From: Tubulanus polymorphus
Taxonomy: Eukaryota; Animalia; Nemertea
Assembly: GCF_964204645.1 (NCBI RefSeq)
Contig: NC_134026.1
Location: 6,905,950 to 6,969,949, forward strand
Length of the DNA stretch: 64,000 bases
Reading direction: 5' to 3'
Positions 53,670 to 64,000 of this stretch are shown here, piece after piece. The number at the start of each line of letters is the position of its first letter. Within the stretch, counting starts at the first letter, position 1. The translations under genes and the position numbers were made by a program. The notes beneath the pieces are model-generated. The model searched no databases, was not told where the DNA came from, and saw only the letters and a list, made by a program, of their open reading frames with translations.

Positions 53670-55914
53670 AATTTTGATTACGGAATCAGAAGAAGATGAA
53701 GTTGCAGTCGAGGTGATGATTACAATAAGTGTCTATTATACAGGTAGCAGAACTCAGCGGTATCTAATTTTGAAGAATGAGAATTCTTTTTTCAGTTAAA
53801 CTCTCGGTATCCATTCCATTTGAAAATTTGAGCATTTTCTCAGTAAAAACTAAGAAATCCACATACGTTCAGTTTACCAGAAATTGAAATGACGGAAATG
53901 AGAGATAATCTCCCTAACAAACTGCTCTAAACACGATATGAATATTGACCAATCAGATGACAGTATCAGTTGTAAGCGTTGATTTAATCATGTTTCAACG
54001 ATAGAATTCATTTTGGTAAAACATTTATTCAATACTACGTACATATTAACTATTGTGATTTTAGGACAGTGTTAAATTGATTTATTGATATTTTTCGTGA
54101 GTGAGAGGGAGTGAGAGAGTGCAGACAGAAAAAGTTTTCATTTGTGAAGAATTATTGATTCAGAAATCTGCGGAATGTTTATTAATGATGCAGTTCAGCG
54201 TCTGTCTCAATGTATAGCCGCGATCACACGGATATGATTTGGCACGGATCAGGCCCAAGTCAAATTTGGCCCGTGCCTAATTAGAGAGGGCGACAGAGAT
54301 CTAGCAAAGGTAGCTTGTCTTTGTAATAAAAAGTTGGTAAATATCAAATCTTTAAAGGCGTCACAATGCAAAATGAAATTCGTCACTTTCACATTTATCA
54401 CATTTCCTTCCCTTAAATGGTGTACACTATAACGACCAGCTTCTATTGGTAGTTTGTGATTTGAACATTGAAATTTACAAATTCTAGATGTCCTCGGTAA
54501 AAACGTATTCTCGGCCCCAATCCGATTTCAGCAATAGGTAATGTTTAGCATTTGCTAGAATCATCAATGTCCGAGTGCCACTTACGTATATCCCCACTAT
54601 TCACAGCGTTTTCCGTATTGTATCGTTTTGATAGATCCTTGGATTTCAGGCTTTTTATAAGTTAGTTTGATTAATTGAATCTCATAGTCTGTTTCCTCGC
54701 AGATTGGGGATATCGGAAGAGGCTACTGAACGATATTAGTTACAATATCTTAAACAAGATATTTCATTATCACTATGATGGGCAGGTTTAAAGGCAGAAT
54801 CATAAAACTGTGTAAAGTATAGAAAAATAAAAATTTCATAAGATCATTATAATTATCATTATATTAACTGTTGAATGAACTTTATAATATCATATATAGA
54901 TTAATCAATATATTTTGACGATTTTTATAAATGTTGCTTTGATGGTCATTTGTCCTACATAATTGAAAGGGCATCGCCAAGCCTGTACGAGAGCGGGTCC
55001 ACGCAGAGACAGAGAAATCATCATTACAAAATTAACCAAGCAAAACAGAAAACATTATAACCGGTACAAAAACGACTCTGCTCTCTCACTCTCTCTCTCT
55101 CTCTCTGGACACACTGATGATCATTTCTGGCTCATTTATTCGCTGTTTGCGATTAGGTTGTTGTTTTCCGCGCGACCACACTCAATTGTAGCTCACATAG
55201 CGTGACGAGTCAATCACCATCTGCTGCTAGAGAAACAGCAGTCAGACTCGGCCGGCGCAGGTCTGTGAGTAGGGTGTCATACAGGACGGGTCACAGATAA
55301 TCGGGCTATCGCGCGCGCACCGATTCTATCCATTTGTAAAAACTCGTCCGATACGATGTACGAATACATTTATCACACGGGGGTAAATGAGATCGAGGAG
55401 TAATCGTACCGGGAACAAGTAACGGCTAGTTTTAATCGCTTGATTAACTTTGATTGTTTGGTTCTAGTGAACATTAAGACGTCTTATCAGAGCGATATAA
55501 CCTCGCATGCTAGAAGAAACCGCGTTATACAGAATGCTTGAGATATGTTTCCCCCAACACCGCGCCCCACTCCCCTCTCCACGTTCGAAAACAGTAAGGG
55601 AACAATACCGGCAGTAGAACTACCTGTGTATACCTTACAAAGTAAGGTCTACAAAGCCCCCCTCCCTAACCCTCCTCCCAAACCCTCCCACTTAGTCTCA
55701 ACGGCCCGGAAGAAGTCAATCATTTATTTCGTTTTTGTCACACCATATATCAATGATTTAAGATGCTACTACAATTTTAGTTGAAATAATGACAAAATCG
55801 ATGACAACAAGGTGGCCATTTTCTATTTCACAAAGATCTCCATTATTCGACGAAAAATAAGATGTTAGGAGCCAATAAGAATTTTTTGGAAGAATATCAA
55901 AGCAGAATTTTTAT

Positions 55915-56213
55915 AAAAGGAATGGGTCCAACTATATTGGACGGGCTATCAGCCGGCGACTATTCACAGGCGCGAACCCACTACTGCTCGACGCGGGATC
56001 TTTTGCCTGCTGTGTTTCCACCCTGGGCCGATTCGATCCTCCTTATACAACCTGGTCAGCCTAGGCTCCCCCGAGCCGACCATATTGACGCCGAGCTTAG
56101 CGCGGACGCCCGATCGACATAGACCGACGACTGACAGTAATCCCGGCCTCAAACTGTCCACCAGACCAAGCCTCCAAGCAACTGGATTACAGGAGCGCGC
56201 CACAACTCCCAGC
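55915..56213 (-). ncRNA. RN7SL: 7SL RNA (metazoan signal recognition particle RNA), full length
   Basis: Minus strand runs gctgggagttgtggcgcgctcctgtaatccag (Alu domain) ... ctatgtcgatcgggcgtccgcgctaagctcggcgtcaatatggt ... ggcccagggtggaaacacagcagg (helix 8, GAAA loop) ... cagtagtgggttcgcgcctgtgaatag ... TTTT terminator. Colinear with vertebrate 7SL over ~299 nt. Confidence 0.95.
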
Positions 56214-56237
56214 TGATAACTCCACGCTCGTTAGTAC

Positions 56238-56265
56238 TATTTATCGAGTGAACACCAGATGGCAC
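56238..56265 (-). promoter_or_regulatory. Upstream elements of 7SL: TATA-like box and CTCF-like motif
   Basis: ataaatag about 25-32 bp upstream of the 5' G; acaccagatggcac at 56252-56265. Confidence 0.4.
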
Positions 56266-57149
56266 CACCGTATAGTGCCCTATGACCCGCGTATTTTCAA
56301 TCAATCGAATTGTTGTAAATCTATGAATTGATCTAATAAATGATTAATGATTCGTTCTAGGAAATGATTCAAATTTATGAATTGGTCTAATAGATAATTA
56401 TTAGTATTCGACTGAACATATCATAAAGTCGTATAGTTCATTTCTGTAAAAAAAGTATCATATCATAAAAAAACAGTTTGATTGGGATAACTACATAAAA
56501 GGAAATGTATTGGAATCTATTGGTATTTAGAATAGTAGCCCGTAAACTCAGACGTGAAGATTAGAGTAAAACCCAATATATACATATTCCTAAAACATAC
56601 AAAAAACGAAATTTGTGTAGGGCCTATCAATAATTAATTCGTCAGAATTTTAAAAAAAAGTTTCAAGCGTCTGCGGGCTTTCTAATACTTATCAATTAGT
56701 TTACTTCCATTGATTTATAATTTTCAGCGTTAATCTCGTATAACTGGGTCTTAATCTGATCATAGATTCGTGATTGATTAGTATTCGATTTCATTTAAAA
56801 CTCGAGGAAAATCTTCCCCACGCGATATCCGCATTTTTACGCAGTAGACACTCGGTGCTAATGATCGCTTTGAAACGGAGTGTACATCATAGGAAATCGT
56901 GACAAAACCTTAAATGTCTCAAACATTACAGAGTAGATGTTGTTTACATAGTGATTTAGTAATTGCACTAGTGTTTACCTGTGGGTCCATATGTTAAATG
57001 TAGCCGTCGTATAGCGTCAGCCGGTTGATACAACCTCTAATAGCCGTCCATTAATTCAGTATCAGATCCTAAAACGCGTTAAATCTACTCGAATTTGCAC
57101 GTCTTTGATATTAATTGTAAATTAGAGAATTGTTTGTTTAATGTATCTG

Positions 57150-57510
57150 ATTTATTTCCTCATTTTCCTTCTCATTTTCTCCCTCTCCCCATTCATCTCT
57201 TTCTCCTCCCCTTACCTATTCCTCTTCATCTCCCTCTCCCCCTCTATATCTCCCCAATTCAACTGCCTGTCCACCCCCTTCCCTATTCCCCTCTCCATTT
57301 ACCTCTCTCCCCATTCCTCTGTCTCTCCCTCTCCCTCCTTGTTACCCTATTTATCAATCTCTCTATCCCACCCTCTATGTATCTTCACTATTTCTCTCCC
57401 TCTCCCACTAATCCTCTTTTTCTCCCTCTCCCTATTTCTCAATCTATTCGTCCCACCCTTTTTATCATCCCTATTTCTCTCCCACCCCCAATATTCCTTA
57501 GTCTCACCCT
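57150..57510. repeat. Pyrimidine-rich (CT) low-complexity tract
   Basis: Degenerate ctccct repeats; source of the L/P/S-rich ORFs. Confidence 0.85.
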
Positions 57511-57794
57511 CGCCGTTTCCTGGACCCGCGTGCGCTGTCCGCATCTGCTAATGAATAATCATACAGTCGTTTCACTGGAGCTGGCGTTGTTCTTCGAACC
57601 AAGCAAAGAACTTCATCTCATTCTCTTCCATCTCTTTAATAGTTAATCGTGGTCGCCTCTAAATTTTGTAAATCTTGTTGAATGTTTTTTCTATATTTCT
57701 CTATCGGTTTGTAAAAATCTAGATACTCTTGTTTTGCTTTCAGTCCGATAAACTTGAATTTGAACACGAACTTAAAGGCAGTAGTACGCCTGAT

Positions 57795-57960
57795 GTTGGA
57801 GGTGAGGGGTTAGTGCGAGGGAGGTTTTGGGCGAGAAGGTAGCGTGGTGGAGGTAGTTAGAGCGATGGAGGTTTGAGGGTGAGAGAGTTAGCGTGAAGGA
57901 GAATTTGAGGTGAATGAGTTAGTGCGAGGGAGGTGTGGGGGTGGTGGACTGAGTGCGTTT
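57795..57960. repeat. G-rich degenerate tandem repeat
   Basis: gag(g/a)gttag(t/c)g.g.(a/t)ggaggt units recur 5-6 times. Confidence 0.65.
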
Positions 57961-58549
57961 GGGGCTGAACCCAGAAATGATTTTTGTTTTGAATTGTTTA
58001 GACGCAATAATAGTTTTTATTTCTCGTATTGTAAACATGAGATGCGAACGATTATAATTTACACTCATAAGAGCCATCAGTGTTAAAACATTTACCACCA
58101 GTTATACACGGAAACCCGCTAGCGCATTCATCTATATCTGAAAATATCAAAACAATCGTATCGATATATCAAACTGTTCGATATGGAAGTACCAAAACTT
58201 ATGTTTCTATTTATCTAGCCACTTGATATGAGGTGTCAAAATATATGACTAAGTTATATGGAAATGACATAAACACAGATGATTATATTAAACTGTTTGA
58301 TATAAAATATCACAAATAAAGATCAAACTATTTGATATAGAAAATATCAAAACTAGTATATCAATATTGGAGAGATCAAGATTCGAACCACCCTTTGATT
58401 TGATATGTGTAATCGTTACATCCACGATTAGATAATTATGCTAATTTTGTAATCATATTAGAAAACCATGATATGTTCGTTGGTCGATGATGGACGCAAG
58501 AGATCATCATTCACAATTAACTATCAGATTACATTAATACTGCATACAT

Positions 58550-58700
58550 CACAAGGGCTTGTCACGATAGCTGGGAGTCTAAAATCAAAGATTCAACCAA
58601 GTTTCCTAGGTACGACCTAGAAAAAGCTTTTAGATGTTACTTAGGATACTGGGTCGAATCGTTGATTTTAGACCTCCAGCTATCGTGACAAGCCTCTGTG
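58550..58700. mobile_element. ~150-bp fold-back (palindromic) MITE-like element
   Basis: ggcttgtcacgatagctgg.gtctaaaatcaa.gattc.acc.agt.tccta pairs with tagga.actgggtcgaatcgttgattttagac.tccagctatcgtgacaagcc. Confidence 0.85.
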
Positions 58701-59019
58701 GCACACGTCATAAGCCTACCTTTGCAGGTCTTAGTTGAAACGATATATCTTTTTCCAAATGGACACATGAGATCTACGTGAAAAATAGTAGTTATGAATT
58801 TCTTCATCAAATTCTATATTTCTAAGACGTTCGACTTTCGCTTGTCGATAAGATTCATTTACCGTTCGAGATTTTCTGAGCCATAGTTTTAGGAGCCTTT
58901 GCCAGTATTTCAGCGGTTAGAGAAAACGGTATATCGGTGTAATAGTAATTGTTCATCATCAGCCTTAAAACATCATCCTACAGAATATAAATACACGGTC
59001 GAAAATATTCTTACGGAAT

Positions 59020-59240
59020 CGTGCCATGTACAACTAAACTCCCTTGACCTTAGAGCCGCCTTCGATACTGTGGACAAAACTGGCCAATATATTCAGATAT
59101 TGGAATCGATGAGTGTTTGGGGTACAGCCCTTGACTCTTTTAGATCTATCAGGTCACAAAATGTGATCATAAAACGGTCTGAACAAGTTTGACATCAGAT
59201 ATGCTGTATCTCAAGGGTCAGTTCTGAGTACAATACGTAC
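59020..59240 (+). mobile_element. Degenerate LINE (CR1/L2-like) RT fragment
   Basis: LDLRAAFDTVD, then GTALDSFRS, then SQGSVL near 59209. Confidence 0.7.
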
Positions 59241-59856
59241 TAACTCCTTTTTATAGATCTCGATACATGTACCTGATACATGCAGTTTAAACGTCGATCT
59301 TTTTGGCTTTCAGTGAAAATAGACAAAACTAGGTCCGAACCATTTCCGATGAAGTGAAAATAGGTTCCTCTGTCCGGGGTCAAAATATCACCTGTATGTT
59401 GTAAAGAAAACCATACACTCGCACATTTTCTGTCTCGAATTTAGATAATTCTAACATAGTTAAAGCTCTTTCTGTTGTCGCACCACTTCCTATGTATATC
59501 ACTACCTTCTTAGTTGCAGATCGAGCTCCTGAAAATAAAATTCGTTGTTTCATCTTTAAAATGCCAGAAATTCGGGATAGATTCTAATTGAATCTGGTTA
59601 ATTAAAGAGACCAAATGCATAGACCAATTTTGATTGTAACCCCAGGGATAGAAATTCGATTTAATCCTATCTCGAGTAGTCTCGATTGATCTATGAAACG
59701 AGGCCAAAGCTATGTATAAATGTCATGCACACTTGCGACACTTTGTGGATCCTCACTTGCCACGAGTAGAATCCGTGATAGACAGTAGCCTTGTCGGTAT
59801 CTCATTGAATAAGAAATCTATAAGGGCGGTTTTAATTGAAACAAGTCTTAACTCAG

Positions 59857-59992
59857 GGGGCCGGTTCCATAATCAGGGCTTTGACTTAAGACTAGTCTAA
59901 GGCCATCTTATTTCTAAAGCTTAACAACTCAAGTCCAGTCTTAAGATTTAAGACCACTTTTGGTCTTAAGTCTCGACTATGGAACTGACCTC
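59857..59992. mobile_element. MITE-like element of the GGGCCAGTT...AACTGGCCC type
   Basis: TIRs ggggccggttccata and tatggaactgacctc; internal ttaagacca/tggtcttaa hairpin. Confidence 0.65.
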
Positions 59993-60039
59993 AGGGATCA
60001 TCATTGTCAACCTGATTAAAGTGAAAATCGGTAGATAAA

Positions 60040-60356
60040 ACCGGGTACAGGATGCCTACCGTCGACAAGCACTTTGGTTCGGACCTGACTGAGAGCGGTG
60101 TGAGTCTCAGGTTGGAAATCATGGTGTACAAGATGCGCTAAAGTTGCAGTGACGCAATCAGTAGTTTTACAAGCACCGAGTTTAGTAGTTGTAATAGTAG
60201 CATCAGCATAAGCGACAACTGACATCTGCGCGAAATCCGGATGGACGTAAAACTCTTTAATTGTATTGACGGCCAGTTGTTTAAGTTGTTTGAATTCGTC
60301 TTTATAAATGGAAGTTGATGAGTCCAATATGATCGCTAGGTCAACTTTAACCATTT
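60040..60356 (-). CDS. EGF/vWA extracellular protein, exon encoding the second vWA domain (3' boundary uncertain)
   Basis: Acceptor ttttttcag| at 60357, phase 1; VKVDLAIILDSSTS with an intact DxSxS MIDAS. Similarity ends near DGRHPVP. Confidence 0.75.
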
Positions 60357-60444
60357 CTGAAAAAAGAGTAAATAAATCATAATTCTTTTATTATGTCCTT
60401 CCTTGTGGTCTTGAGTAGTTATATTAGGCCGTCATGTGAAGCAA

Positions 60445-60632
60445 GTTTCACAGTTTCATGGGTTTGATTTGACTCCGAACTAAGTTCAACAGATGTGCGG
60501 GTTTGATTAGACTATGGACCCCGTTCCACAGTTGTCTGGGTTCAATAAGACTATGGACCCCGTTCCAGAGTTTTCTGGGTTTAATTAGACTATAGAACCA
60601 GTTCCACAGTTGTTTGGGTTTAATTTGACTCG
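60445..60632. repeat. 39-bp minisatellite in an intron, same family as 31684-31880
   Basis: (c)cagttccacagttgt.tgggtt.aatt.gact unit, ~5 copies. Confidence 0.85.
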
Positions 60633-60861
60633 GGTTAATACTACTAACCAATACAGTTATTCTGACCGAACGAACACGGACACAGAAAATACGCATCCAT
60701 ATTGAGACATCCTCCATTGTTTACACATGGTTTCTTGGCCGAGCATTCGTCTAGATCTATCAAATACAATATTCAAATACAATATTCATATCTCGGGCTT
60801 AATCAAGATAAGCTGTCGGGGTACTCTATGAAGGCACGTAGCAGGTTGGTGATGTCATTAC

Positions 60862-60909
60862 CTGAACAGGAGCCTCCGATGTAGCTGTAACCAGGTTTAC
60901 AATCTTTAT
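60862..60909 (-). CDS. EGF/vWA protein, 48-bp Cys-pair micro-exon
   Basis: ctctcattcag|AT AAA GAT TGT AAA CCT GGT TAC ... TGT TCA G|gtaatg reads (N)KDCKPGYSYIGGSCS; phase 1-1. Confidence 0.8.
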
Positions 60910-61606
60910 CTGAATGAGAGAGAAAAATAACAAGATTAATACAACATCTTTAAAAAGAAACTGTATAGTTTTGTTGTATTCTAAAATTAATGGAAAAAGC
61001 AGTTTAGCAATTAGAGTCTTAAAAAGTCCAACTAAAACCGATTTTGATATCTAATTCAGTTAATCGTAAGTAAATCTAGAATTACAGTCCGTGTTATATC
61101 CTGACAAACCTAAAAAAACATATCAGCCACCAAAACTTGGTGATCTACTGGTTGGACAAGGCCTATAGTTGTACATACAGTCCGTTATAACGCTGCCATC
61201 CTTTTTAATGCCTCCGCTCACTTAACGCCAACATTTTTCAGAGAAAAATTTGCTCAATCATACTCTAATTCAATGAAAACATCATGCTTTAATGACGCTG
61301 CCAAATCGTTATTAACGCCTCATTTTTCATTGGTCCCAACAGTGGCATTACAAAGGATATATACGGCATAGTATATCCCCTTCTATTACAAATTCGACAA
61401 AACCGAACCCTACAGTTCCACAGTTTCCAGTTGAAATTTGATTCGAAAGCCAAGCTATACAAGAAATAAAACTAACTGAGCTGACGAGTCAGATAAAACC
61501 ACGAACTGTGAAACCGGATCTTGAACTTCGCCTCAAATGCTGAGATTAAAATCTGTTTTTGTGGTTGAAATCTTTTGAAACTGGTTTTTGTGCTTCAGCC
61601 ACTTAC

Positions 61607-62158
61607 TATCTATAGTTGCCTTGGCTACAGCCAATGAAACGGATGTTATCCCCGCTGACGTCAGCTTATTTGGACCAATAGCGAAGCCGTTAATACTTTG
61701 TTGCATGACGTCACCGACCTCGTCATTTGCACCGCGATTTGTCATCGTATAAAGTCTGATACCAGTAGCGGGTAGATTTATGATTCCGTATAGAGTCCGC
61801 ATCCGATCTTTAGCTGCAACCGATCCGCTGCTCACAACTATCGCAGCCTTGGGAACGTTTTTTCTAGTTCCGTTACCGGTCAGAATATCAACGGCTTTCT
61901 CAAACGGAAGCCACGCGTTTTGTTTCGTAGCAGAGGTCGTGACTGCATCCAAAGAATCCAAGACACAATGGGAATTGTCACAATCGTCTAGATCGGTGAC
62001 GATTTTCATCGAATCGCTGTAGACTGCAGTAGCAACTCTGACATAGTCCGGATGGATGGCATAATGATGAACTATCTCTTTACCGATATCTATCAAATAC
62101 GGTGCGGTGGTAGTATCAGATAGATCGATTAATATAGCGATATCAATACGCGTGCGTT
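61607..62158 (-). CDS. EGF/vWA protein, exon encoding the first vWA domain
   Basis: Acceptor tttcag| at 62159 and donor A|gtaagt at 61607/61606; 552 bp, phase 1-1. RIDIAILIDLSDT...VRVATAVYS...RKNVPKAAIVVSSG. Confidence 0.88.
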
Positions 62159-62199
62159 CTGAAATATCAAAAAAAAATCATGGAAAATTTTGAAAGTTC

Positions 62200-63150
62200 A
62201 AAAGTGGTCTTGAATCTATAAAGGACTGATTCTGTAAACAAATGTTAAATCTGTGCCGATAGTTTTTACGTGCCAAGGTTAAAAAACTTGAAAGATGTTG
62301 GGAGAGGTTCCACTTTATATTGATATTACTATGTCAGCTTTTGAAATACTTGATGTCAGTAATTTCGTTGGGTATATGGTAAATCATTTATTGATTTAAT
62401 TCTCCTCTTTAAAACAAAATGAAGGTGACAGGGAGGGGCAATTATATATCTACTGTTAAATCAATTCTATCAAATCTAGGGTAGTCAAATGTTTGGCACA
62501 ATTAGGGTCATCATTCAAATAGCATTATTTTGGGTATTAGGGACTGTCTGACAGCTATCTTTGTGGATCTCTGGCAAAAGGACATAAGATCAAGTGATCA
62601 TTCCCGTTATAATTTCTACAAAACAGTTAAAACTAGTTTTAAGTTCGAAAAATATTTGTAAGTGTTGAAAGATTTTAGCCTCAGAAATGCTGTTGCTAAA
62701 TCACGGACGTCTACTCACAGCTTACCAATTGAAAAAGGTTGACACCGCGGTATTGAAAAGGAAAAACGTTTGTGCGGTATCTGTAATATGTTGGACGATG
62801 AATTTTCTGTTGTTAAAGGGTCGCTAATCTGAGAAAATAATTGAATATATCTATCTTAGATGTAAATAGTTTAATCTCCACTTTCGACAACTTGAATTCT
62901 ACAACCAGTTTTGTTCAGCTAGCCAAATTTATTAGACTCGGTTTGGCATTGTCCTAATATTTCTTCGATTATGTTTTTTATTTTTTCAATTTTGTTTTTC
63001 TTACCTTACTTGTGATTAGTGTTGATTATGCCTCATTTTTATTGCTTGTTTATCTCCTATTATGTATATACTTGATTTTCCCGGAACTGTATCAGTTGCA
63101 AACAATGTTTTTTTAATGTTTATGCTGATTAAAGATTGAATTGAATTGTA
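62200..63150 (+). mobile_element. Degenerate 3' end of a LINE, antisense in an intron
   Basis: RNAVAKSRTSTHSLPIEKG*HRGIEKEKRLCGICNMLDDEF (LINE C-terminal Cys/His domain) near 62683-62805; T-rich 3' UTR; tail attaaagattgaattgaattg near 63128-63149. Confidence 0.75.
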
Positions 63151-63209
63151 ATAAGAGTTAATGAAATCATAGACTCTAAAATGAATTTGTTTTAGAGTCC
63201 ATGATTTAA

Positions 63210-63337
63210 CCCTTTAAACCCTACTACTGTGGAATTGGGATATTGAACAATTTTTAGCTGCCTCCATATATCTGGCTGCAAACTCAATACATTTTTCTCT
63301 TTGAAGACGAATACACACGGAGGTCGCAAGTAAAGGG
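63210..63337. mobile_element. piggyBac-type MITE
   Basis: TTAA-CCCTTTA ... TAAAGGG-TTAA, with the TTAA TSD at 63206-63209 and 63338-63341. Confidence 0.65.
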
Positions 63338-63358
63338 TTAAACTTTAAAGCAGCTTAC

Positions 63359-63466
63359 GTATACAGTTTGGAATTGTCCCGCAAATACAATTATAGGTTC
63401 CAAGTTTGTTTGAACATTTTCCACCGTTTACACACGGGATTTTGATAGCGCTGCATTCGTCTATAT
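63359..63466 (-). CDS. EGF/vWA protein, calcium-binding EGF exon
   Basis: gattgcag|...|gtaagc; (D)IDECSAIKIPCVNGGKCSNKLGTYNCICGTIPNCI with 6 Cys and the DIDEC and NxxGxYxC consensus; 108 bp, phase 1-1. Confidence 0.9.
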
Positions 63467-63622
63467 CTGCAATCAGAAACAGTAGGATTGCTCAGTAAAA
63501 AAACCCACGGCAAAATGAAATAAAAACTGATTTACGTTCGAAAATTAATATGGAAAAGCGGCTAGATATTATCAAAAACTAAAACAATTAGTCACGGATC
63601 AATTTGTTAAGTAAAATTAGAG

Positions 63623-63684
63623 TTTCCACATCGGGAATCGAACCCGGGCCGCAAGGGTGATCCTAACCACTAGACCATATGGGA
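63623..63684 (-). pseudogene. tRNA-Glu pseudogene with a deletion in the anticodon arm, intronic
   Basis: TCCCATATGGTCTAGTGGTTAGGAT-[~10 nt missing]-CACCCTTGCGGCCCGGGTTCGATTCCCGATGTGGAAA matches eukaryotic tRNA-Glu at both ends. Confidence 0.85.
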
Positions 63685-63706
63685 AAACTCATTCGACTGA
63701 CGTTAC

Positions 63707-63757
63707 CTTTACAGATTGCATCTGTCCCAGCACTGAATCCGAATGCGCACATTCCAT
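63707..63757 (-). CDS. EGF/vWA protein, 51-bp Cys-pair micro-exon (gene continues beyond the window)
   Basis: aatcgcag|AT GGA ATG TGC GCA TTC GGA TTC ... TGT AAA G|gtaacg reads xGMCAFGFSAGTDAICK; phase 1-1. Confidence 0.78.
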
Positions 63758-63808
63758 CTGCGATTTACAAACAAACAAACGATAAGAAGTTGTTTGAGAC
63801 CTCAAATA

Positions 63809-64000
<192 letters not shown>

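Noticed and set aside
55862-56203. 86-aa and 79-aa ORFs
   Set aside because: They overlap the GC-rich 7SL RNA gene.
57095-57646. Hydrophobic L/P/S-rich ORFs resembling membrane proteins
   Set aside because: Translations of a CT-rich low-complexity tract.
59510-59810. Possible next exon of the vWA gene
   Set aside because: The frames I read contain stops and lack the expected vWA C-terminal motifs; not supportable.

Overview
Animal (bilaterian invertebrate, probably lophotrochozoan; inferred) genomic DNA with spliced genes and no prokaryotic features. The core is a tandem pair of two-exon NK1/slouch homeobox genes on the + strand. NK1a is 23373-23931 + 29193-29770 (378 aa). NK1b is 44430-44598 + 47492-48039 (238 aa), and its eh1-containing first exon is missing from the ORF track. 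The paralogs are highly diverged except for a sharply bounded 170-bp homeobox tract that is 168/170 identical in DNA, which suggests gene conversion, and a shared 14-bp CCAAT-containing upstream motif. Each NK1 gene is followed by an intronless rhodopsin-family GPCR. The window also holds a full-length 7SL (SRP) RNA gene (55915-56213, -), five exons of an EGF/vWA extracellular protein gene (-), and an intronic tRNA-Glu pseudogene. Repeats include LINE remnants, MITEs, micro/minisatellites and several dispersed minimal hammerhead-ribozyme motifs of the Penelope/retrozyme type, two of them enclosed in long inverted repeats. The first 23 kb has no convincing protein-coding gene and looks like NK1 regulatory territory with CTCF-like sites. 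All alignments were done by eye.
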